This document shows positions 27,701-38,280 of a stretch of DNA of 64,000 nt, one piece after another; position 1 is the stretch's first letter; the number at the start of each line of letters is the position of its first letter. The position numbers were made by a program, and so were the translations under genes. The stretch is from Syncephalis fuscata S228 (taxonomy: Eukaryota > Fungi > Zoopagomycota). Under the pieces are notes generated by a model. That model worked only from the letters and a program-made list of their open reading frames with translations. It did no database searches and had not been told where the DNA came from. The DNA lies in NCBI GenBank assembly GCA_025786725.1, contig JAHLTZ010000058.1, positions 1 to 64,000 of the forward strand, written 5' to 3'.

Positions 27701-29054
27701 TTAGCTGATGATGCTTTAGTTTTTGGACTAGATGCTGTAGCAACTACACCGCCCAATGGAGCAATTTCGCCTAAATGTGATTGAAGATCACTGAGTGCTT
27801 TTCGAGCCGTCGGTGTATCTTCTAGTAGCTCATTTAGATCTGCACTTTGTTTTGATTGATCCTGCAAACAAGCATCAAGTTCTTTTAGTATCACTCCTAA
27901 AGAGCGTGGGCCTTGTAATGAGTCTATAGTATATAATTAGTAAGTTATAATAATCGATTATTGTTAAATAACGTATACCTTTTTCTGAATAAATAGAGGC
28001 ATGTTCCGATAGTACTGATGCATCAGGCTCAGCTGACACTGCTACAAGTTGACGTTCAAGCTTTTCACGACGTGCTTCATTAGCCGCCCGTTCTGCATCC
28101 ATTTGAGCTTGTAGTGTTTTTAACTCCATCTCCTTTCTGTACTCCATATTCATTAGATGCAATAATAATACAAATACTAGTACAACTTTTACTTACGTTG
28201 TTCTAATTCTGATAATCTTTGAATTTCATTTCGGGCCATCTACTCATGATATGTGTTAATAAATTTAATTTAATGTATAAATAAACATACATTACTACGT
28301 TCATTTAAACTACGTAAATGTTCTTCAAAAGCAGCAACATCGCCGATACCATCTAATGGTGTAACTTCGCGTAATACGTCTTCAATGGCTTTCTTTTCTC
28401 GCAGTAATAATTTATACGCTTTAGCTATATCTGTTTCATTATGGTCAGAAATAATCTTAATTGTTAATAAATAACAAATTACTTCTTACCTGGAAAGCGT
28501 GCTTCATACTTTTGTAATTTTTCCAATTTTATTCTGACATCTCGTGGCAATTCAGAAATGCTGCCTATTGTACTAGACGGCGATAAAGGATGGTCAAAAA
28601 TACTGGGCGGCTTTTCTGCAGTCAGTGGATTTATTGATGCATTACTTTCTGTAGGCGAGTTCTCCTTTTCTGCATGTTCATTGTTGCTATCAGATGTAGG
28701 ATTATTCGAGGTTGGTAGATCATATGGATGTTCTTTGATACTACTATTATCAAAAGGACTAGTTACGCTTAGTTGAGAGGCATTGTCGTCTTGAACGGCA
28801 TCAGGTTCTGTATCGATTTGATAGTGGTCACTGTCGGCAATTGCCTCTACTTCATGTAATAATTGTTCCGCAGATGTTACCGAAGGTGCACGAGAACGCT
28901 GCTGCTGCTGCTGCTGCTGTTGTTGCTGTTGTTGAACACGAGTACGAGCCCGTGCTATTCCGTTGGCCATAGCATTGTTAGCTTGTTGTAGTCGTTCACT
29001 TTCTGCCAATTGTTTAACCGTCGTGTTAAGACGCTCTTTAAAGGAATTAAACAT
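24770..29054 (-). CDS. IMH1: GRIP-domain coiled-coil golgin (Imh1-like)
   Basis: Long coiled-coil ORFs; C-terminal GRIP domain VNLEYLRHVVLKFVEFRGQR/QQLIPVLGMLLKLSPQE; multiple GT-AG introns. Confidence 0.8.
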
Positions 29055-29540
29055 GACGAAAGCACACTAGCCCACCAAACCAGTAGACTGCACAGAGTTA
29101 ATCGTCACTAAAACACGTCAACAATATCAAAAGAAACCAATAATAATAGAATAATCAAGAAGGCTTGGCAAGTAGTATAGGAGTAGTAATGATGGCGCCT
29201 GTCGTGGTAGTTAAGGAAAGATGAACACGGTAGAGTGGTGGTATTTGTAAACGGAACATTCTGTGTAATATATGTGTGATGTGTAACAAAACTCTATCCA
29301 ACGGAATTACTGGTAATGTTCTATTACAATGGCTATCAAATTAGCTTTTCATTTGTTTATTCATGGCATTTTACACCATTTCATGTCTTATTGACTAAAA
29401 CAATTCATTAGAACGAAAGGCCTTCTATGCTTTAGCTTGTCGCTAAAAGAGAAAAAGATTTATTCATTTGTTATTCATTACATTTTGAGATAGAATAAAT
29501 AAATAAATTAGTAAAGTTGCGTTCTACTGTAGTCGTATTG

Positions 29541-29640
29541 TTTTAGTATACAAAAAAGCTATCTACAGACTTACATCTATCTTGGATATCAAAAGCAATA
29601 AATTTTGAAGATAACCATAGTTTTTTGAAGTTACAATAAC
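29541..29640 (+). repeat. Diverged direct repeat, copy A (copy B at ~35792-35885), bracketing the micro-exon gene pair
   Basis: ttacatctatcttggatatcaaaagcaataaattttgaagataaccatagttttttgaagttacaat versus ttacatctagcttggatgctaaaagaaataatactcaagaataattgtagtctttgacattgcaat. Confidence 0.65.
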
Positions 29641-30741
29641 TTGGCTTTATTGATTTGCAGATTGATGTATCGCGTACTGCTGCTTTACACTCGCAGCTAA
29701 TCATATTTAACTGGAACGGCATGGCGTATACGTTGTAGCTTCTTTACATTAGCTTTGATTAAACAATTGATGGCGTTGATAACTGAGTCTAATGTTTTAC
29801 TATCAAAACTGCTATTGCACAGTAGGTAATGATTGATGACAGCAATTGATTGTTAAAAAGGCCTCTATCAAAAGCTAGTAGCACAGCGTTAAAGGCAAAC
29901 TGTTCGTTCTGATAGCGAAGTCGTAATGACAAATTAGATGCATGTATGAACCAATCAGCATATCTTTATGGCTTGAAAGTTACAACTAGTTTACGTACAA
30001 CAGTAAACACTTGTAAAGAACCACAGTCTCAATGCATTAAAATTGATGCTGAATCGATGTCATGCACTGCATGGAAAAGGAATAAACAGGCTTTATTTAT
30101 TAATTTATTAGTAAAATTATAGTTGTCTGTAAAGTGAAAAACATACAATTTATTTCTTAAATTAAGCGATTCTACTTTTTTTTACAAAAAGTATCGAGGC
30201 CTGTTTAACAATCTTATAATATTTTGTAACTAACTATGCGCTGTTTGAGCTAAATACAGATACTAGTGGTTAAGATTGTCAGCGAAGGCAACATCAAAAG
30301 TACAACGATACACCATCACTGTTTTGGCAGAAGCCAATAGGTTTTGTTTGCACCACATGCTTGAAGTTGTGTAACAATACTGTAAAGATTGTTGAGTGTA
30401 TTTCTACCACATATGTACTAGATGATTGACATCATCGTGCTATTTGTGTAAATACTGAACAGGTTAAAGCTAAGGCTGAAAAACAGCATGCTAAATTATG
30501 TCTTTATGTCAGTATGCAAGTGCTTTATTGGTTACACTGCATTTCAATGGTATAGCTCATAAAATGGATTATTTGGTTCCCCAGAATAAGCACAGACTTA
30601 AATAGCCCACAAAATACGCACAACTAACCAGTGATATCGTCATTACACTCTGTTTTTCGTCAAATACTCATTACTATCTACTTTATATTACCAAGCTCTA
30701 TTATTTATTCTTTTTGTTTGTTTTAGCAAATTAATAGCAAC

Positions 30742-31990
30742 ATGAAGCTTTCTATGCCGTTATCTGCATTATAGTTATAATATTTGTAACAACGGCCGGC
30801 ATAGTAGATGCTAAGCCAACTCTGATCCGTCGTAGTATGTTGCAACTGCAATAGTCAGCTATACATTTGACTGAATATTATTTGTATCAACAAACTAACA
30901 TTAATAGGTTGTAAGTTTATTGTAAATTAATCAATATTATGCTGACTATATATTATTTGTCGTATTTATTCAATAACTTGTACTGGCAGTTCGTAAGCGG
31001 CAGTGTATGTTAATTAGCTATACTCTGATTATACCGTTATGTAATACATGTGCTTAATAACATAACGTTGATAGCTGGTAAGTTACATTGCGCATCAATT
31101 GGCTATATACTAAACCTATTTCATACATTGTGTGCTGCTGAATAACTTGTATCAATAGGCCGTAAGTGGCATTTTATATTAAGTAACGATATGCTAAGCA
31201 TATGGCATACAATTTATGCGTTTAATAACTTATATTAATAGTTGGTAAGTGAGATTTTATGCTAATTAATTATGCACTAAGCATATGCCATACATTGCGT
31301 ACACTTAATAAACCGTATACATAGGTCGTAAGTAAAGCTTTATATTGATTAGCCACGCACTAAATACACTTTATAAACCATACGTGTGTGTCCTGTACTA
31401 ATAGAGAGTAAGTAAATTTATATGTTGACTAGTCATTTAGTAAATATACTTTATGCATCCTATGTGTTTATTAACATATATTAATAGAGGGTAAGTAAAT
31501 ATTTATACCCGCCGATTATAAACTGAATATATCGCATGAACTGGTATATTTATTAACTGGTATTAATAGATGGTAAGTGGAATCATATAATAATTAACTA
31601 TACACTAAGTGTATATCACGCACCATATATAACCGATAATATATATTACTAGATAGTAGGTGTAGCTGTATATCAAGTATCATGGTCTAAACGTGTTTCC
31701 CATAAACTAAACATATTTAATAATCTGTATAAATAGCTGGTGAGTGGCATTATATACCAGCTAATTATGCACTGAGTATATAAAATTATCTGCGTATGTT
31801 GTATGGCTTTTATTGATAGACCGTAAGTAATATTGTATATTATTAGCCATGTACTAAATATATGCCAATTGCCGCATATGCTTAATAACTTTTATTGATA
31901 GCATGTAAGTATAGCTATATACCATTGAATTATACACTAATTATAATGCCTGTATTTTATAAATTTATAAATATACAATAATTAGTTTAA
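30742..31990 (+). CDS. Micro-exon secreted-peptide gene, copy 1 (13 x 3-nt exons; 1-nt deletion in exon 1, so pseudogene or assembly error)
   Basis: Exon 1 is 30742-30834 (MKLS[I]AVICIIVIIFVTTAGIVDAKPTLIRR+A once one T is restored). 3-nt exons: 30908 GTT, 30990 TTC, 31075 CTG, 31159 GCC, 31242 TTG, 31325 GTC, 31405 AGA, 31488 AGG, 31570 ATG, 31653 ATA, 31737 CTG, 31820 ACC, 31902 CAT, each flanked by AG and GTRRG. Terminal exon at 31986 (TT TAA). Product after RR: SFPGLGQKDDTDPF. Confidence 0.75.
30835..31985 (+). repeat. Tandem array of ~83-nt degenerate units (intron + 3-nt exon)
   Basis: Unit spacing 80-85 nt; approximate consensus gtaagt..attntatat...ctatrcactaa..atat....taayttgtattaatag-NNN. 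Confidence 0.9.
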
Positions 31991-33378
31991 AACCCAATAC
32001 ATTGGCATTTTTAGTGTAACTGATTGCTAGATTCAATATGATTTAAATATGTATCTAGCAAAAAGCAAGACCATTTGACAACTATCGTTTATTCTATTTA
32101 TACACCAAGTTTCAACTAATATCCGGCTTATTCAAATTTCAATAAATAATTTCATCACACTACTAACAAGACTGTGTTCAACTGTGTTTATTCAATTTTA
32201 AAATTTTATAGCTATTCTGTATGCTAAAGTAATAAATCTTATGAACATAGTCATATTTTTAAAGCTGTAATGATACATCGTCATTTATTTGCAGTCTTGT
32301 GAAAATGTATATGGACTTTATTAGCACCAAATCTCAATTTTATATCCTTGTCCCAGCAAAATTCGCCTTGATTTCTTAACTATTTTGGTGTGTAAACTTA
32401 TAATAAACCATATGGACTATGGTAAACTAAACCATTAAGCCATTTGTGCATCAAGATTGTTACTGCTTGGTGTAAACCAATATGTGCTACTGCAGTTTAG
32501 CACTATGCAGATAATTGTTAGACAAAGAAATAAAAACGATAAACTAGTGTTATTGCCTATTAATAGAAAGTTTCATGTCTTCATGGTAAGGCAATAATAA
32601 GCATTGAAACGAATAATATGCCACTAAGGGCAACGAGGAAAGAAAGAATAGAGAAGAAAAGTTTTTTTAACCACCACGTTACCTCAATAGGGGCAAAGGC
32701 TTGAAGTTGAATTAATTGCGAGATGAAACGACTTTAAGATAAAAGAAGGTTTTAAAAAAGCCAGCAAGCTAGACTTGCCGGTTCCCTTTGATAGGAAGGC
32801 TTCCATCCCAATAATAATATACTTTTAAATAGTTAAAACCGAATTTGAATCAAGAGATAAGCATATATGTCTAGCAGAAGAATAAAATGGGTATTTTACA
32901 GATGCGCAATCTAGAATGCTAATCTGTCAACATAGGCCTGAGACTTGAAATGAAGAGAGAAGAAGAAATAAAATAAAACGCAAAAGGAACTTGGATTAAG
33001 AGATCGAGGGCTAAGATCTATTAGACCGAGGAACAAAAATAGAAGCAGCATTAGGCCTATGCCTTTCACTACACTATAATAGATGCGGTTGGTACAGCAA
33101 AGGGCTTATAAAGTCATTGGATATGAAAAGTAAACTTGTGCATGCAATAGGTGAATCTCGCCTTTTGCATAGAACATGAGTTATGTCTAGACCATAGCAG
33201 ACATGTTACAATATTGGTATCTCAGTATAACCATAGATTTAAATAGCCCACGCAGCACACACAACTAACTAGTATTATCATCATTACACTCTACTTTCTT
33301 CCAATACCCACTACTACTTACTTTATACTAACAAGCTCTATTGGTGCTTCTACTTAGTTTTTTAAAATCAATACCAAC

Positions 33379-35267
33379 ATGAAGCTTTCTATTGCCGTCG
33401 TCTGCACCATTGTCATGGCTTTTGTGGCCACCACATCCGTGGTGGATGCCAGTCCAGCCCTAGCTCGTCGTGGTACGTTGTAACTACAATAACTAGTTAT
33501 ACATTTAATTAAATATTATTTTAATACCAAATTAACGCTAATAGATCGTAAGTTGGATTGTATACCAGCCATCTATGTACTAATTGTATGCTATTTGCTG
33601 TGTGTGTTTAACAACTTGTGTTAATAGCTCGTAAGTAATATTGTATATTTACTAATCATGTACTAAATATATATATTATTTACTGTGTATATTTGATAAC
33701 TTGTACCAACAGGATGTAAGTGATATTATATATAACCAGCTATGCGCTAAACATATGTTTTATATTGTGTATGCGCAATAACTTGCATTAATAGGGAGTA
33801 AGTGTCGGTTATTTTGATCGACTATTTGCTAAATATATATTATGTATTATGCGTGTTTAATGACTTGTATTACTAGAGTGTAAGTGTCATTGTATATTCA
33901 GCAAATATGTACTAAATATATATTATGTACCGTGTGTATTTGATAACTTGTATTAATAGTTCGTAAGTGTTATTATATATTTATCAGCTATGCACTAAAT
34001 ATATGTCATACACCATGTATATTTAATGGCTTGCATTAATAGCTAGTAAGTATTATTGTATATTATTTATTTATACACTAAACGTCTTTTATGCATTGTA
34101 TTTATTTAATAATTTAACACTAATAGCTGGTAAGTGTTATTTTATATTTATTAATTGTACACTAAGCATATTTTATATATTGTGCATGTTTGGTAACTTG
34201 TATTAACAGTTTGTAAGTGGCGTTTTATACTTATCAGCTATGTACTAAACATATATTGTACATCATACGTGATAACCTTTGATAATAGACAGTAAGTGCT
34301 ATTGTATATTCATTAACTATACACTAAACATCCTTCATACATTGTATTTGTTTAATAATTTATAATGATAGATAGTAAGTAATACTGTATATTTATCGGA
34401 TGTGCGCTAAACATATAGTATATACTGTGTGCGTTTAACAATGTACATTAACAGGTCGTAAGTCTCATTGTATATTTATCAACTGTACATTAAAAATATG
34501 CAATATATTATATTCGTTTGACAATTTATACTAATAGATGGTAAGTGACATTTTATACTCATCAATTATGTAATAAATATATGCTATACGCTATGTGTGT
34601 TTAATGATATACATTAACAGGTCGTAAGTGTTATTTAATACTCATCAGTTATGCACTAAATATATGTCGCACACTGTGTGTTCAATAACCTATGATAATA
34701 GATAGTAAGTGACATTGCATATTCATTAATTACATACTAAACTTATTTCGTTTATTTTGTGTACTTAATGACTTGTATTAATAGCTGGTAAACTTCATCT
34801 TATATTAACGAGCTATACACTAACTATATATTATATATTGTGTGCGCATAATAACTTGCATTAATAGGAAGTAAGTGTCATTCTATATCAACCGACTATG
34901 TACTAAACATATTTTATATGCTGTGTGTTCGATTACCTGTATCAATAGGAGGTATTTGAATTGCATATCAAGTAGCTATGTACTAAACATATGTCATGCA
35001 CTGCTTTTGTTTGATAACATGTATTAATAGCTGGTAAGTAACAATTTATATTTATTAATTATGCGCTAAACATATGGTATGCACTGTTTATATCTAATGA
35101 TTTGTATTATTAGTCAGTGAGTAGCATTGCATATTAATCAACCATGCACTAAAAGATGTTTACACTGCGTGTTTAATAATTTACACTGATAGTTTGTAAG
35201 TATGATTGTCTAGTGTTGGTTTATACACTAATTATATGATATGTCACATTCATTTATAAACATAGAA
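33379..35267 (+). CDS. Micro-exon secreted-peptide gene, copy 2 (21 x 3-nt exons, intact; 52-aa prepropeptide)
   Basis: Exon 1 is 33379-33472 (MKLSIAVVCTIVMAFVATTSVVDASPALARR+G). 3-nt exons: 33545 ATC, 33628 CTC, 33713 GAT, 33795 GGA, 33877 AGT, 33960 TTC, 34043 CTA, 34127 CTG, 34210 TTT, 34289 ACA, 34372 ATA, 34455 GTC, 34538 ATG, 34621 GTC, 34702 ATA, 34785 CTG, 34868 GAA, 34949 GAG, 35031 CTG, 35114 TCA, 35193 TTT. Terminal exon from 35266 (AA TAA). Spliced frame has no internal stop: ...RR-DPRWKFPTVYNSHGHTGRAVI*. Confidence 0.88.
33473..35265 (+). repeat. Tandem array of 22 homologous ~70-82-nt introns, ~83-nt period
   Basis: Exon-to-exon spacing 79-85 nt (mode 83). All units start with GT (mostly gtaagt), end in (t/c)ag and share internal motifs. 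Confidence 0.92.
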
Positions 35268-36701
35268 TAACCGATGCTCTCAAGACAGCAACATTGGCAT
35301 ATAATTACGCTTTTAGCTTAATATTCTTTAGATATATCCTTGGCAAGAAACAAGATCATTTGATGAATGCCGTCTAGTCTACCTCCATATCAAGTTCTAA
35401 CCAATGTTCCAGTTTATGCATCTTTAATCAATGATATCATTGTATTATTAACAAATATGCATTCAGTTGTGTCTACTCGACTATGCAAACTTGTTATAAT
35501 AAACATATAATTTTATTTAATTATACTAATCAATTTGCTATACTTTTGTTCAAATTTACTTTATATCCAGCAGTTAACAAAAGTTCGTATATACACCACA
35601 ACTTCATCGCTGATATCCACACACCTCATTGCTCATCTATAAATCTTTTGTATCATTTTATAAATAATTTCTTTTGAAATTTTAGCTACAATTTAAAAAA
35701 CGTTATATATATTGACTATTCAATACATTTTAAATAGAATTAATGCATTAACTATCATTACTGTGCTCTGATATAGTTTTATTGTTATTTTTTTAGTATA
35801 TTTAACAAAAAAAAGTTACATCTAGCTTGGATGCTAAAAGAAATAATACTCAAGAATAATTGTAGTCTTTGACATTGCAATGAATTATCGTTGCTTATTT
35901 TCATATTAACAATAAGGGCATATAAAGCTCATTAGCACTAAATTGCAATTATAAAACGTTAACCTCATACGAATTACGTTAAATTATTGACAATTTATTG
36001 TGTGCATGTTAATAAACTATATTAATTATAATACTATTAGGTAAAGGTAAAATACATAGTTCTTTCCCCTTCTAATATGTACACTCGGTTTGACTAATAA
36101 GTTCGTTTTATGTATTTTTTGATTTCTGTTAATACATAGGGCATTACTAATCTACTTAATAATTTTCATCTAATTAGCTGCATGTAAAATCGGTTATTAC
36201 TTATTAAGGTGAAAAACATCTAGTGTTTTATAAGCTATTGACTGTTAATTCGTACTGTAAATTTTATTATGCTTTTTTAATAGAACCATGTATTTATTAC
36301 TAAAAATCTGAATATTTGAATAAACACAACAGAATCCAGGCTTATTAGTAACATAATGGCGCCATTGATTAAAGGTTGAATAAACCAATGCATTAACTGG
36401 GATTACTATATAAATAGACTAAACAGCAGTTGGCAAGTGATTTTACTTTGCACTGGATATATCTAAATTATACTGAATTAGTTAACATATTATAATTAGA
36501 TATACGCAATACAACTATTTCATATTATTTTAGCAATAATATCAATGGTTTATTTATTGCATATTTTTCTAGGCTATTAAAATAAATAAGTTTTAAAAAT
36601 ATTGTTAAGTGTGTATTAGTTACAGCAAAAACTCAAAGCTGTAAAATAGACAGTTTAATAATGGGTAAATGAGGTTAATTATTAAATAGCTAGCTTTGTG
36701 A

Positions 36702-38280
36702 CTAATGTTGTTTCTTGTACATGGGCTCCATTCTGCCATCGGGTAGAATCTTAAGTGCTCCAATGGTATTACCATGAGATGGCATCCAACGAGAAATGGC
36801 TATATCGATAACAATGTAGGTATTATCACAGCGGGAAAGGAATTTGTGGTTCAATTGCACGGCATGTGCAACAACCATTCGTTTGACGCCATAGTTTTCC
36901 AATACGGCCTTAACTTCATCACAGACTTTCTTTTCATCGTGATTACGGGAGTATTCAATGAAAAACGCCGGACCATTAAAACCAATAATCGAATCCATGT
37001 CTTGCCTCAATATAGTTTTTCTGGCTTCGTGGTGTTCTATTTCATTCTTTGCGTGTGCATTGATTTGTTCCAAACGAGCCTTTGACCATGCCTTTGATAT
37101 GCCACCATGTGCAAATATGGTATCGCCCACACGATGAACTAGCGGAAGTCTGAATAGTCGTTTGCCCAATTCACCTGTTTGTTTGAATGCTTCGGCGCGT
37201 TTTTTAGGATCGTGATACTCTTTTGAATCTGCAGCATCTTTTGTTTCGTGAACAAGATTCATAAGTTCATGATTGCCCAAAATTTGAATAACCTAATATG
37301 TAGATAAAAACATTAGTACAACGTATAAAAAGAATAAAATATACAATGGCTTACACGACTATCATGTTCACGAGCTTCTTTAGCAAGTCTTTCCATTAAA
37401 TCGAGCACTTTCTTTGTATCGGGGCCACGATCAATAAGATCTCCCTAGTTTTAATACAAATATAAGTCAGTGTAATACGATTGCGCTATTAACTCACCGT
37501 TTGCACAAATACAGTGTTGACAGCGATCCATTTCTTATGCGAATCAATAAGACCTGCCATTTGCATTGTAGCAATAGCATTGTCAAAATCGCCATGCAAA
37601 TCGCCAATAGCAATAACATTACGATTTTTTAGACTGGATGCATATTTAAATGTTGCATGGGTAGTATCAAACCATTCTGACATAGGAGGATATTGCACCT
37701 TTGGCATGCAGGAAGAGGAGAATAGCGGCTTGTTGATGTAGCGAGCACCGCCATCGTCACCAATAGTAACAATATGATCCTTGCTTTTAATATCTTCTAA
37801 AGCACCGGCTATATATATACCAGGCTTTAACAAATGGACTGGAATGTTTCGTCGACCATTTTCATAAGTAATTGGAGGTGCATCGTAGGCATATTTATAG
37901 GTCGTCTCCCATACGGATAATTTTTTCTGCTCCTGGACATTTTTAACCAATTTACTTAAATGACCCCATATTATTGAGTCGGTCTTGAGTGCGCACACAA
38001 CTTGGCTGTTGGGCATACAATTGGGACTAACCAACACTTCAGCGGGTGACTTGGCAAGTATCAGTTGACCTTCGTGATCATCACCAACAATTTCATTAAG
38101 AATATTATTTGGACCGCAGCTAGCATAATAACCAACGGTGACATCAGCCACTGCTATTGCTTCTGGAGTTAAGGTCCTAAGTATTTTTTTTGAAAATGAA
38201 GTAACACTAGCATCGGAAAATTTAGATAAAGCTAGCAGCAATGTGCTAATCGCTAGTACATTAGATGTAATATACTTCAT
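36702..38280 (-). CDS. Secreted calcineurin-like metallophosphoesterase (Shewanella-like phosphatase type)
   Basis: Signal peptide MKYITSNVLAISTLLLALSKFSDA; motifs IGDLHGD, GDLIDRGP, LGNHE, FAHGG, MVVAHA and IDIAIS; two short introns (~37447-37498, ~37292-37356). Confidence 0.85.

Noticed and set aside
30835-35265. CRISPR array or plain satellite interpretation of the 83-nt periodic repeats
   Set aside because: Eukaryotic context with no cas genes. The units are degenerate except at splice signals, the spacers are only 3 nt, and they splice into open frames behind a signal-peptide exon.
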